A program made the position numbers and the translations under genes. The notes under the pieces are model-generated. The model did not search any database, was not told the DNA's origin, and saw only the letters and a program-made list of their open reading frames with translations. A stretch of DNA of 64,000 nucleotides from Lingula anatina (Eukaryota > Animalia > Brachiopoda): contig CM120641.1 of NCBI GenBank assembly GCA_051362555.1, forward strand, positions 11,780,001 through 11,844,000. Direction: 5' to 3'. Positions 27,401-42,400 of the stretch are shown here, piece by piece; the stretch's first letter is position 1, and the number at the start of each line of letters is the position of its first letter.

Positions 27401-30400
27401 TACTGCAAATAACGTGATAACAATATTCACTCCTTTTTATTTTGCTTTCCTTCCTTACACAATTGTCCAACTCCCCAAAAAGAAAGTTCTGTAAATAAAT
27501 CATCTATTATATAAAAGTCATGACCCACAGATCCAATTATATCCACCTGGGAAGGAGAAAGAAGTGCTTCTTTCTTAGCCAGCAGGGTCACAGTGTACTA
27601 CATGAGTTATAACACCAACTTCATTAGTCCTGCCATAATTCCCTATGTATTCCTGTCACCATCCAGGTCATGTGTAATGAATAACAACAAATATTTTTTT
27701 CCATTGAGGTGTGTGTAAGATTCCCCTGAGCCCTGGAAGTGGTCCAGATTCAATTAGTTCTTTATGCTTCTCTGCTGTAACTGAGACTACAGAGTTCCAG
27801 GTGTCCTGAGCCCAAGTAAACAGTTACCTGGATTTTATCATCAAGTCTTGATTCCTCTGAGACAACTTTTACAAAGTCCCTGGTATCCTAAGCACAATCG
27901 AAGTTGCCTGGTTACATGTTTCTGATACATTGTTTTGCCATAGTTCTTCATGTGCTGGGGCACTGGTAAAAGTCTTAACACCAATACCTTGTAGACAAGT
28001 TTACACACATAACACATCAAACCAGTCAAAATTCTTATTTCCTGTTTCATAAAACTGACCAATGGTGGTCAACTGGTCTTGACTCCTGCTCCAAATCTTG
28101 CCTGGTATACCACACAGCGCTGTGTCATATACGGAGTTGAAAATTACAGCCTGGCTTATATTAATATCACATGAAACTCATCCTAACACACTGGTCCTGG
28201 AAGGGCAGTTTACCTGTATCTAACACCTGGTCCTGGCTCTGGAAACTGTGTGTACCTGGTTATCTCTCAGCGGTCACTCCTCATGCCTTGACCAAGTACC
28301 AATTACAAGATAACTAGCTGCCAGAATGAGTTAACAGCTTAAATATCCTTCCCACACTAATCACTTCAGATATATTTACAACTGGAAAACCTGAGGTACA
28401 CAGATAACTGAAGAACTCATCAGGGAAAAGCACAGCACCAAAACTTGGGGTATAAATAAAACAGCTGCAAAATTTCTGCTTTTTCCATGCAAGATTTGCA
28501 CCAATGTTTCTTGCTCTGCAAGGCTCCCTTTGTATGCCATTATTATCATATTATTGTTTTATCTCACAAACATGCTATTTAACACAAATTCAACATGTAT
28601 CCATTTATCAATCATAACCAATAATTGTCTGATCTCCCCTACTCTTGTCTTTGATAAGAAGTCTCAAAAGACTTCTATCATGAATTTAAGAGTGCTCTGT
28701 CTCTCTAGCTAGTAATTTGGCTGCTGAAAAAAAATACAAAATCAACACAGTATCCATCTCAATGTAGTGCTCTATGTGCAGTCCAATATTTGCCCAGATA
28801 ATGCTAAGCCTAAAGTACATATCTCTCGTGAAAGAATTCCACAATATCTGTGCAGCAGGTATCCAGAATTATTTCAAAAATGCCCGACAGAGAGTAGGAT
28901 CTTGGTGAAAAAGATGAAAACATAAATCTTGAGTCTTCTGACATCACTAGCTGCTATGTACATCCCTCATGCCCAGAGGAACAGAACCTCCTATACAGGG
29001 AGGCAGCGGACTGAGTCACCTCCTTGAAGAGATAGAGACTTCCAAAAACCATGTGTAGTTATCTGGCATCATAGTAATAGAATAAACAAATTGATCTCCT
29101 AATTCAACTGCTGGTGCTGTTATCCCTTGCTTTGTTACTCAATAGTTAAATGTATATCTGCAGTGCCTCTGACTTATATTGCTGCCTTATCAGAGGAAGA
29201 CACAGAAGTAGACAATGGTAGAAAACTGTAATCCTGGCATTTCTTCTCAATGAAATACTGTGATGTGCCTTAACCATTGCCAAACCCGTCCTGTTTAAGG
29301 AACATATATGGCAAGATTCTGAAGCCCATTTTATGAAATTACAGCCTACTAGAGTGTTCCTTTTTTTTCCAGAGTTTCTCTTTCATCAATCATACAGGAC
29401 TCTGCCAGTTACTCCATAGTTAAAACATATTTCCACTTACTGTTTTGGACACAGTTTTGCTTTCTTTGCATGGGAATCTAACCCCTCAACTTTAGAGTAT
29501 CAGAGCATTGAGTGGGTGGGAAGGAAACCACTATCGTTCCTGTCTACTTTCTTTTTCCAGCTTCCCCTTCTAAACAAGACATATCTGCATTAGAGTTTCA
29601 TTAGTGTGTACAACTGGCTTGACACCCATACATACATACTGGAGCACAATCCTCATCTCACTGATCCAATTAGCTAGCTCCATTTGTATCTCTTCTCTCA
29701 GTGTTGATGTTGACTATCAGCATCCAAGAAGGGCAACCTATACTACCGGCCCAACAGACAGAATGTATTCCTGGAAACTTCCAGCACAGGACTGGTACAA
29801 ATGGTACAACTCTACTCGCCCAAATCATTCCTGGTGTTAATTTCTCTCCTTGTTATTTTAAGGCTCCTTGGAATAACAAAAACACAAGCCAATATCTGTG
29901 CTTATCAATTTGTTCTACCTTAAAACACATGCTGTGGATAATTCTAATAACTAATAGTTCTACTACAAGCTGGGTTGCACTTTGGTGAGAAACCATGGGT
30001 GCAAAACATGGACAGGCGAACAGGCGCTGAGCTTTCCTTTACGGAAAAACAGGAGAGTCACCCATCAGTTACTCAGTGCTTTACAAGGAGAAAGTGCACC
30101 TTGGCATCTGATGCCAACTAATGTGAAATGATGTAAGCGCATAAGTTCCTCAACATAGCAATCTGAAGAAATACGTGAAAAAAAGAAGAGTTCAATAAGC
30201 CAAGTGCTATGAGCCCAGCAACATCCTACGCATTTGATCCATTCATCTTTACTTTCCTCACTATCACTTTATATATGTAGCCCTGTACAAGCCTACTTTG
30301 ATAGGCAAGTCTAACATAGGAGATAAGACAATTTCACTGCTACTGCTGCAAGCCTGCATGTACAGTCAATATTTTCTCAGATGATTCACCATTCAACATC

Positions 30401-33400
30401 TAGATTAGAGTTGATACGCTAATATTTCTCACTTGACTTCAAAGGGTTGGTCTGTATGTCTACATGCTTCAACTGACCACAAGTGTCATAAAGATCTCTC
30501 ACAGTGGTCAATCATCATATAACTGAACTAAGGATAAATCAAACTATTGCAATCAGCAAACTTTCTAATGACCTTATTACATGAACATTGATGAAGTTTT
30601 CTGAGAATGTTCATCAATGGGATTACGGGGCATTAGAGCCAATGTTTCATCTTCATTATCATCTGCTGTTTCCTTTGAAATAATAAAAATCCCAAATTAG
30701 CATCACAACACTTATTTCAAAATAAGTAAGCCCTCATTCCATCAGTTGATTCTTGATGAAATATTTCAAAAATATATTTGGTATATTTGGTTCAAACATT
30801 ATTATATACAAATTGACAAACATTTTCTTTCTACTCATACAGCAACAACGAAAAAACATCTTCAACTTCACATAACATTTATTAACAAGCACAGGTACAC
30901 ATGTATTTATAATGCTTCAACTTGAAAGAAAAAGATACTAGACCTCAGTGGTAATTAGGACAGTTGTATTTGCAAGATTATATGAACATTTTCTCTGCTG
31001 ATGAAAGCAGCCAGAACAGATGCTTTCTACTTCAAGGCTAGGCTTTAAGTTATACCTGTGTGTTTAATGATTCTCCCTCCAGACAGGATATTTGTGGTAA
31101 GGTGTCCCATTCAGTAGTCTGGTGGAGGTAAGTTATGGCCACTGAAGTATTTCCTGAAGAAATTTGGTGGAAATGTTTTCTTTCTCTCTCTCTTTTTTCT
31201 TTTCTTTTCTTTCTTTCTTTCTTTCTTTCTTTCTTTTTTTTTTTTTGGGGGGGGGTCTTTTTTTGTAATTTCTTTTCTTACATACTTTGTTTCAAATTAA
31301 ATTTCTCAAACTTGAAATTAGAAATTTTGTTGAGAAACAAACAGTAATTTTTAATGTCATCATTTTCAGCAGTTAGGAATGTACAGGTATCAACTTTTTT
31401 CAAGCAGCACTAGGTTCCTTCTGATAAGCGTTCCAATTCAAATCATCACTACTAAATGAAAAAAAGACCAGCTCTGCCCACTTCTCCATTTCTCCAGTGT
31501 TATCTGTATCATAAATCCAGGCATTTGCACTGTCACTTTGTTCAAATACTGCTCTTGTGGAAGTGTAAACACTTCTTCTGGCCATTTATTGATACCACTG
31601 GCTGGCATGGCTGTGAAGTTTTAGAAACGGAAGCTTCAAAAGAACCACGAGGATTGCGCTTAGATTGAACTCATAAAATGGCAGGAATAAATGAACAAAA
31701 ATTAATCAAACCTGACTGACATATCTATTAATTCCTGCACACTTCATAAAATTATGGAGACAAGGTTTAGAGAGGCAGTGGCCACCTTTTTTGCAGGTAC
31801 CACCAGCCTGGATTGGGTTTAAAAGCAGGAGTAATATGTAATCACTATCATGATGAATTTCACTCTGTAATAAGGATCTACAGAGTAATGAGACATTTTA
31901 CATAGAAAATGCTTTTCTGTTTGGCATAAAATGATTGGTGAACCAGCAAAAATACACCAATCAATCTTAAGATAGTTTCAGAAGAATATTTCACGGACCA
32001 TTATTATATACCTGAAAGGGATAACAACCCTTCATATAAGATTAAAAATTCCACTATAAATACATTGTAAACATGTAAATATTATAAATCCCATTTTGCA
32101 ACCAAAATGGCACCTATCACAGTTTTTCTCATATCTCTGCTTGCCAATGGACCACATGGACCTTCATAGATGACTATCCTCTGTAAAAATCTCTTGGGAG
32201 ATTATTACAAAAAAATACACTTTTTAAAAACCCAACTGACTAACTTTAAATGTCGGAACAGATTAATTTTACCATTGGAAAGTGGGAAATTTTTTGTTTA
32301 TCCCAGAATAATCTGTTTTATCGACTTTTCCACACATATGAAAGCTTGCATGTATTCCTGGCACCAATCCTCCCTGTAAGATATATGAATATATATTTTT
32401 TGCATAGTAACAGTTTCCAAACTTGTTAAAAATACATATCTAAACATCAAACCAGGCACATCCTTTGGTATCCCACATGCATTTGACCCTCCTAAAAATG
32501 ATGCTTTAAGCCTTGTAGTTTGGGGGGAATCATATGGGGGGGGGGGGGGGGGGGATAGAATGCACTACAAGTGAGTTTTTATTTTCACAGACCATTATTA
32601 TGTATAATTCTTTTAGAACTAGGAAACAATACCTACAAAAGTCTTGTAAAACTCCCAGAAAACTAGACAGCAGGAAAAATATGTAGATAAGGTATGGAAT
32701 CATATCAAGACCAGTGACCTTGGGTTTTAAAAACAAATCTTTTTAGAAAAAACTTAATTACAGCCAGGTAAACCAATGCAATCATTTAAAAATTCTTCTT
32801 GCAGAGCCGTGAAGACCAGCAATTGCCACACTGTTCTGCCAGATCATGGAGTTTTAAGTATATCCCCCAAACACTAACATTTACAAACCACACTCAAAAC
32901 AACTTCTTGAAGCTCTAAAATAACATTGAATGACTAAACATTCTTTATATTGATCTCTTCTCTAAAACAATCTAGTTATAAATAGGTATCTAGATTGTTG
33001 GGAATGATTCTTAATCATCTATCTGTTGGTCTGCTCATTTAGTCACCTAGCTATTGAAATAGTTGTCCAACTCCAAGAAGTGTCAACCCCCTTGGTCTGT
33101 TTGTCTGTGCATCAGTCACTGAAACCTGCTCACCCAACACTTAACAGGTGGGTACAACACCTAAAACTTTTCTCATGTAAATGATTAGGAGCTGCAAACA
33201 TATTTATATATCTTTTGCCTTTTGTTTCCTAAAGAGCTTCCACTTATGCACCAGTCAATAGAACACTTCTTTATCATTATGAGGCATTGCCAGGATGCCA
33301 TCAATGGGCCATTACTGGAGACAGAACAGCAATTTTCCACTTCACGGAATAATCTCTATATTTTACAGCCAAAGAGATCCATCAGCTGTCAAACCAGGCA

Positions 33401-36400
33401 AAAAACAAAAAAATGTAAAAATCTTAAGCAGCCCCTGTGGTAATAATGTTCACTCGGCTGTGAACAATGACAAATGACATCATCATCTGGTTATTCTGCT
33501 CATTTCCCTGTTATGAGTGGAAACATATTGCAGAATAGCAGAATAACCGCTTGTGATTCATACAGATCTAGAACATGTTCCCTTTTCATTTAAACCAAAT
33601 TATTGGTGTTTCATTTTCAACCACCATGCATGGAAAATGCAATAAAAAAGTGCAATACTATATGCGTGTATGTAAATCACAGTAGAAGGTTCTGAGAAAT
33701 AGAAATTATCAGTGATAGAACTGCAACCTGCTCTTGTATTTACCATAGGGACTTGCACATAAGGAGGATAAAATATAATATATCAATCATATATCTATCA
33801 GTGTTTCCCCTGCACTTAAATGAGCGAGGCGCCCGCCTCGATGATATTTGCAAGCGCCTCGCTGAAATTTGTCAAAAGCACCGCCTCGCTGGACTATATG
33901 GAACAACAAAGTATATTTTCACTCATGCTAACAGTTACTGAAAATTATGTTTATCTCTAAGCAAATATGGCATTTTCTGTTTACATACGTAATCCCATGC
34001 TTCTGAGCACTTGATTTAGTAGTAACGGAAAGACGCATGCGCGTATGCCTAAAAATAACCAGCAGTTACTATCTCCCTGTGAGTGCCTCGTTTTCGCAGT
34101 TCTGTGCCTTATTTGAAGTATAAGAAACAGAGCGAAACGAGGCAACTGTTCTTGACACCATTTAATCACGTGTCAAGAATACACTTTATCACTTCATGTT
34201 CCGAAATTCAGACCGCCTGTTGTTTGTTTTTATAGTTTACGAATGTTCACTGATAAAAAAGGAGCAAATAAAGTGGACTTCGTTGATTTTATAAACTTGG
34301 AGAAGATTTTCTATTGATTTACGGGTGAGTTTTGTGAAAGCAGTAGCGTTGTAAAACTGGGTCACGTCAGTATTTCGCGTGGAAACCTATGCATTGAATA
34401 TGAATTTCCATGAATGAATAGAACCATATAAATGAATAAACGAAGAACTAAAATTGATGATAAGTGTGATTTTCATCTCTTTAATTCCGAAGCATTCATT
34501 TAACGGTGTTTGAAGTTGTTGATTATAAATTACATCTCAAACTACGTATAACTAGTAGCGGGAGTCGCTTTGCGCTGAACGACAGGAGAGAGAACTTTTG
34601 CGGCAGTTTTATATTAGGATGAAGCGCTCCCACACGCAAAGTCAGTTGACCAGTTACTTTCACAAGAATGTGAAAACGGTAAAAACAACATATTTTATCA
34701 ACTTTTTGGTCAATTTAAAAATAATTCAATGTAGTAAGCCCTTTTTCTCGTTTCTTGTAAGTATTAAAGTAGTTAACTTTTTTTTTTGAAAGTATTAACT
34801 TTTTTTTTTTTTTTTTTTTGAAAGTATTAATTTTTTTTTTTTGAAAGAGTATGTTCTATAAACTGAAAAGGACTAAAATGAGTGAATGCACAGACTGGAA
34901 AATAAATTTCGTCCAAACCTTTGTTATGTCATTACTGAATTTACTCCTCAAAACATCTAAAACAAGACAATTCAGTGCCACATAAAATGTAAAAAAAATC
35001 AGTTCTAAATACCCTAAAATGCACCAAATTGCACCTCGATTTAAAAAATTTTCCGGGGGGGCATGCCCCCGGACCCCCCTAGTATTGCTGGGATCACGGA
35101 CTGCCTACCACCTCGCAGAGCTTGAAAGCCAGGGGAAACACTGTCTATAACATCACTGGCAAAACTTGATTCAATCCTTAATGTTTCATACAAAACACAA
35201 AAGTTCCACCTTGTTGAGCCAGATGGTATGTATATTTTTCAATATCACAATACAATAGACTATAATCCAATTTGGAGTTCAGAATGAAAAATAGCTGTAC
35301 ACAGTTGAGTCAATAGCTTTGTGGCCAGACTGGTACTATTTTTAGTGTTTGGAACATAGTAATGGTCTTAAAAAGCATTTTCATGTTTCCATTACATTTT
35401 TCAACAAAGTTCCAAATGTACTGACTGTAGATAAAAAGGTAGAGTAAAGAGTAAAGCTGGGGGAAAAAAAACTCACCGAGTTGGCAATCTCCAGAAAGTG
35501 TGTGGCCGCCTCCTGACTGTGCTGCCCCCTGGGGTTCTCCATGAGCTCTGAGATGACTCCCGGGTTGTGGTGCTCTATGAGGCGCTGAAGACTGGTGGGT
35601 TCCAGGTGCAGATCTTGAGCACCACTGTCATAGTCCAGGCTCTCTGGCTTGCCTCCTCCTGACACTGGGATAACAGAAATGTAAAATTAGCTACATTCTC
35701 TCATAGACATTATTACATATGATACACCACTGGACACATATGGTCTGTGTACCTGACATGTGTATATGTAAGTGTACATGTGTGTGTATGTGCATGTATG
35801 CTTGTAGGCATGACTGCGTGTCATAAACCTATGTCAATCAACAATTTTGCAAACACTATTTGACAAACATATAGAGTGATCTGATTAAAATTTTCTGCAA
35901 TTCTGTTTGAAGCTGCAATACAATAGTATTGATATCATCTGAGAAATATCAAAAGAAAAAAATATTCCAATTTTCACTATTTCATCCACATTCACGCATC
36001 TGGAAGGCTGCATAAAATATCTGCCAAAGTGAAACACCAACAGACTATTATGACTAGTCCTGCTCTCTCTGAACATTATCAGAAAATAAAAAGACAGTAT
36101 GATTTCTATCGGCTTTTATAGCAGTACTCAGGTCTGTAGGTGTGTTATCTAATTCTGCAAGTCCTACGAATAAAAAAACATGTGCACAATGATATAACTT
36201 TCCACCTGATCACAAACTTAGCTGCCGTAGGATTAGCCACTTTGAAAAACTCTCCTGCACAAATACAGTGGTTTACATAATAAGCACCACATGTTCAGGT
36301 ATCACGTGCCACAACTCCGTTACAACTTTAACCTTTTGATGCACGTGGTTTATGCGACACTTGACACTCCAGACTGCACATGATTCAGAAAACTGCTGCA

Positions 36401-39400
36401 TGTTAAGTAACTCATCTAGTACAATGGTACTGAGCAGAATTACCAGAAGGAAAAAGGTCACTTTAGCTCACCTTGGCCTTTCAATTTTTTCCCTAAACCA
36501 AAAGAAACTTATAAATGGGAAAAAACTCAACTATAACTTAATCTAACAAAAAGATTTTAAATCTTTATAAGAAAGAATTAAAATCTCAACTAAAATAACA
36601 GCACTCATCTTTGGCACTTACAGCTGCTGTCATTTACTTGTGAAATTCAGTTTTTCTAGTAGCACATCCTTCTGAACCCCTTGACACATCTTGCAAAAAA
36701 CAACCTTCAATTTTAACTTTGGTACTGCCAATCACTTTGAGATGAGACCTATTTTTCTTCTATAGTTCTAAAATGACTGTCAAAAACAAAATCGAGCGAA
36801 AACACTGGTGTTATCAGACGGCATACCTGTATGAACTTGTATCATCTCTGATCTACCTGCTGATGGGAAACAAGACAGCCACATTGTAATCCAAGTTTGC
36901 TTTAAGTCTAATATAAACCACTAGCTTATCATTCTGTTTTCAACAATGTAGGACCATAAAACAATGATCTGGTATTACACAGCCTTTTCATGGCTCTAGT
37001 CAATACATACAACTGGGACCCAAAGCAATGGATTACACACACAAGTAAGTTCTCTATGGGTCCTGTGTGTTTGCAAGTCTACTAAAATTTAGTTGTGGGT
37101 TGTCGATTTAGGGAGGAATAACCGCAAGCTATTGATTTGTAAGGAGCGTATATATATTAATGCACTGAAAAAAAAAGGCAAGAGACTCATATTAAAATTC
37201 CACAAAGAAGCCAAGATATCTCAATTAAACACACACATTTCATTTTCCTCTCATCGCATATTCAGGCTGTATTACAGTATTTGTAAATTTTTAGCCTAAT
37301 GTTTTCCTTATTTTCTGGCAAATTGGTAATTATGTCTCAGAGAGAAGTGAAATAACACTTTGAAACTGTGCCTAACACTGGGAGTGAAAATGCACAGAAT
37401 GAAAGTTACTATTTTGGCTTCAAGCAAACTCACATAAAATAATCTGAAAACACCATTCTAATCACTAGTACTTCGGGGTCTATTACACCATTTTCACATT
37501 AATACATGAAGCTTCTAACCATGCGAAAAGAATAAAGTTTGCTGCAATCGAAGAAAACAAATAGTCACTAAGAAGGAAATAAATGTGTCCCTTTAGATAT
37601 TTGATTCAATGCAATTAAATGTGACATTATATGGTGTTTACAGTCTTTTCACTTCCACACCCAAATACTAGGAATTAGAATGTAATGCTAGGATAATTAT
37701 GAAGTATCCCCCCCCCCAAAAAAAAACGCTCAATCGTTCAAAAACCACACTTACTATTATATACCAATGTTACAGACTTGGCTGTACATGAGTGATGGCA
37801 TTGCCCCTTGACTTGACACCAATGTTACAGAACACAAAATCTAATCTGTTCCATCAACTGATTCTGTCAAATCCTAGAAAGTTTTTGATTATTATAATCA
37901 TAAAACAACTCTGAAGAAAAATTTCTGGCATTTAAGGTATTTTTCTAAAAAAAAAAAAGAATGTGAAAACATTTTTTTTTTTTACATTTTAAATAATTTT
38001 CCTTAATTTGAAATGAATTGTCAACCTGCAGTATTCAAAGACATCCAATTAGGATCTCAAAATGTATAATTATGATTTTTGAATGGCTGCCTCTGTATCA
38101 ACAATCCTTTGGTTCTTTTTAAGATACAGTCCAATCATCAGCGCACAAAGCACATTTCTGTGGACAAATGCCCCATGGTGAAAAACAGCATGTCCAGACA
38201 AAACTATTCTAATGAACAAAATCTCTTCAGAAAAGTTATGAAGACGTGAACTTAGATGACTTAATGCTTCAAATTGCGGAGTCGGAAGTGGCAGCTTGAC
38301 ATGGCAACCTCTAAAAGTGTTTGCTGTCAATAAAATCACTTACGAAACCCGCTCAAAGCACTTGAAAAGTTCTGGGAAATCTCTTGTTCTCTTCATATGG
38401 CTTATTATGCTGAGGTCAAGCTTGTGATTTAGCAGAGCACCACCTAGAAAACTTGCTGGCTTGGAAAATCTCTGTTAAAAAGAACACTTGCAAAGTTTAG
38501 TCAATTTCCTTTAGAAAGTGCACTTCCTTCAACAAATTCAAACTTCAAGCAATGCAGCGCAGTTTAAACCCTTTTTCATCTTTTTTGGAGCAACAGCCAG
38601 AATTGCAAACGTTCTGACAAGGAGTTAATAAATATCTGCTTTTGTAATCATGGTTGTGTTTCAGCTGATAACATTGACAATTTTTCACTCTTTCCACATC
38701 CCTATTTAATGTTTTATGAAAGTTATGCTGTCAAGTGGCCTTTAATTCACCCAGGTCAGCTCATTATGACCAGGAAGAAAACCAGTTGAAGCTAAATCTA
38801 TGACCTGTCAAAATACCATCCCAGAAGATAAAATGATTTTTATTGCATAAACCTGTCAGTTTCTATGTTATCCGCATGCCATGGTTGTATACACACACAT
38901 GTAAAAAAAAAAAAAAAAAAAAAAAACTCTTGGGGGTAGATGTAACCACAAGGGATTAAGTGATTCTTAAAAGAGTTGATTATTTTAACTGTATCTTGAA
39001 AAGGCATATTTTTACTAAATTTATTTACTTCTCAGCAAACTGACTGCAGAAGTGGTTTTTACTTGTGGGTGATGATAGGGCACGTTGGCAAGGCTTTGAT
39101 AAAAAATCATTCCAAGGTAACTTTCTTTCACTTTAAATGCCAGGCTTTTCTTGGGAAAAACAAGCAACCATGAGACCCCTTTTGGTCAGTTTGTCAAACT
39201 ACAGAACACATCATCTGTGCTATTGTGAACTGAAGGCAATTTTACACTCAACTAATAAAAAATATTACATTATTCTGGAAACTAAATCAGCAAGTATTTA
39301 TTAAATATTTTTGTTAATATTCACTCAAAACTTCATTTTGAAAAAAAAAGGCAAATTATACAAAATGTCCAGAATTTGCATTATTCATTTTAATAATTAC

Positions 39401-42400
39401 AAGCACCGCAAGGCATAGCTCATTTAATCTTATCATGAATCTTAAATCAAAACCTGAACCTAATTCATACTAAAACGTGCAGTCCTGCATACCACACACT
39501 GCACATGAGAGGTGTTCTCTATAACTCACATGAGTCCAAGATCTGGCGAGTAATTCCTGCGATAACATGCTGGGAAAAAGTCACAAACACCTGTCCACCT
39601 CCCAGATATAATGCAGCTTAATGATGTTAAATCTAGCAGGGTACTTGGTTGCTATTTTGGCATGCAACATTTAATAAAGTACTTTTCTGTCCTTATATCC
39701 AGAGCTATTGGAAGCATCATAATTTATTCATGCTGTCCAATTGTTTTTTTTTTTTAAATACTTTTCAGAGTGCTAAAGTGAAAATGGTGTGAATAAATCA
39801 TCATCTGTTACAGGTAAAAAGAGACACCTGTAAATAAAACCATGTCAAGTGTTCAATCTACAAAACAATACCATCAGTGTATACAAACAAAATCAGTAAC
39901 CAGACATCGGCACTCGCATCAGTGATACAGGGTCATGTTCAGTAATAATCCTTGAATTTGAAACTGACAAACTGAGAAATCTAGGTAGACAAGAATAACA
40001 CACTTCCAAAGTGGACAAAATATCCACACAGCAGTCATTTAAAATAAGCAATGTGGAACAAGTGTAGGTTCCTAAAGTGAGACAACCCTAGAATAACACA
40101 CTTATCAAATTGGTGCCAGATTTCCCTGTGGTCCTCACTCGTCCCAATGTCACACTGCACTGCTGTCAGTGTCACCTGAAGCTGTATCCAATCAAAAGCA
40201 GACACAAAAATGTATCATTTACAAATTGTGGATGAATTACAAGGCGACTTGCCAAATGCACAGTGTTGAGCCTCTCTCTCTCTCTCTCTGTATGTGTGGG
40301 CGAGAGGGAAAGTTTTATTGGGACACTTATTTCACAGACAATGAGATATGCTGGTGAATAATATGGGTGGTAAAAAAATCCTAAACAAAATAATCAATGA
40401 AATCTGCCACATCTTTATCACATCTACCTTTATTTGTGCTGTATTTGTAATACTCATATTGTTTGCAAACAGAAAAGTATATATATTAAATTAAACACTT
40501 AAATGATCATTACAAAATACAACAAGAGCTCAATAAAAGGCAAGGGAAATGTCTTGTCTTCACATAAAACTATTTGTGACAAACACTGGTGGCTCACTTA
40601 ATGCCAAGCCATGTAGTTACTGCATATAATAAAAAGCCAAAGGGTGCCAAAGAGAACAAGAACAGTGTGTCATGTTACTGCCACATAGCAGTATTATGGT
40701 ATTCTGACCACACAGCCTTAGGTATCAAAGGTAACTAGAACCTACAGGAGTCAAAGTTGGTCCAAGATAAAAAAAGATGTATCAAAAGAGTGCCTGTCAC
40801 CTGTAGCCACTTAATTTGAATTGCTGACTTGACAGCAATTCAAATGAAAGGTATTCATTTTATTTACTATTGATGGATGGTGTATCTCTGAGATTAACAG
40901 ACCTACAACAGTGATTCACCATGATTCAAAGTTTTTTTTTTTTTTTGTACAACAGCAGTCATTCAAATACAAGGGACGGTTTCCTGAAGCTATCACTGGC
41001 CAAAGTCTATTGTTACCTTACCTGTGCATTTACTGAAAATGGAGATTTTCCAAGAGGCTTGCATATTGCGAGGAGGATGAACCAGAAACATAACAGTTTC
41101 ACAATCTCTGCCTTTAACTAGCAGAAATTTTCTAAAAACTGTTAAAAAAGCTGGATTACACCCAATAATTCCATTATATCACATAAAAGCCATAATAAAT
41201 TAAAAACTACAAAAAAAAAGGCACAGATGTAAAATTGGTAAGGGAGTTTTTCAGTTATGGTCATTGTTGTCACTGTTGAAATCCATATAATTTGGGAAAG
41301 AACGAGTAAAAATTGGCTGAAAACTAAACACTAACCTATGAAACCAACCAACACTATCATTTACAAGAAAACCTACAAACTTTACCTTCCTAGAACATGG
41401 ACATTTTCATAAAAGAAATTATTACTAGCCAGCAAACATGAAAGAGGCGGGACCCCATAAAGTGTAACCATGAAAATGCTGACAGCTAATTAAGGAAAAC
41501 CTATGTATTATAAGGAGGTATGTGTGAAATGCAGAATCACTGGCAATATTCACAGGGACCACAATAACAGACCTTTTCTCTTATGTGCTGGTTTCATTAC
41601 GATTTAATGAGCAGTCTAATAAACATAATGACTGTGCCTTGAATGTAAATACCAAACAAATGCATTTCAACATTGCTGAAATGCATAAATATAACAAAAC
41701 AAATTTTGAATAACATAATCCAAATAGATCTAATTGAATGACTATAAACATTGGACACAGTTTGACACACAGGGCAATGAAGGTGTTAGAGAAAATCTGT
41801 CATAAACATGAACAATCCACCCGAGTTGGCACTAAAAGGGGGAAACTATGACCTGACTATAGTTTGAGTTATGTAGCTGACAGACTCCCAGGTGTTTGCA
41901 ATTCAGTTCTGATGCATGTCAGGATGAAGCTCTTCTTGAAAATTGATATTTCTATTCTGATTTCCAACTGATTTCTGTCTTCAAAAATAGAACAAATAGT
42001 AAACATACATGCAGCTCGGTAATCTAGGAGTCAGCATCTGGTAGGATTGATAAAAATGGCATGTTTACAGGTAGATTCTTTGAGAAGACTGAATTTTTAC
42101 ACTCACATTATTATTGGCAAAGTTGTCAAGATAGGCCCATGTTTTGTTTTACAGCATAAATTCCAGCAATTTTTTTTTCAAGGATCCAGTAATAAACCCA
42201 TTTAAAATAAACAATAAAAACACTCTGTATGTTCCGAGAAGATTTGATAACCCTGAGTAAATACAGACAATAACACCCCTGTGCTGCTGAAGAAAAAAAC
42301 AAACCACTTACCAGACTGGCATGATGTAATACATACCAACCAAAGTCAGCATAAACACAAGGACCAGGAACACGTGTTGAAGCACTAAAACAGTAGTTTA

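Noticed and set aside
30101-30117. TTGGCATC-T-GATGCCAA palindrome as an NFI site
   Set aside because: The half-site spacing is 7 nt rather than the 5 nt NFI requires; it is an isolated short palindrome.
33799-35143. ProtoRAG/Transib element suggested by the 5-bp TSD and CAGTG end
   Set aside because: The termini start CAG, not CAC; there is no heptamer-spacer-nonamer layout and no RAG1-like ORF.
38338-38396. ATG-initiated exon with a gtaagt donor in MCC intron 2 (MKRTRDFPELFKCFERV)
   Set aside because: The donor is phase 2 but exon 3 needs phase 1, and the compatible frame contains a TGA.
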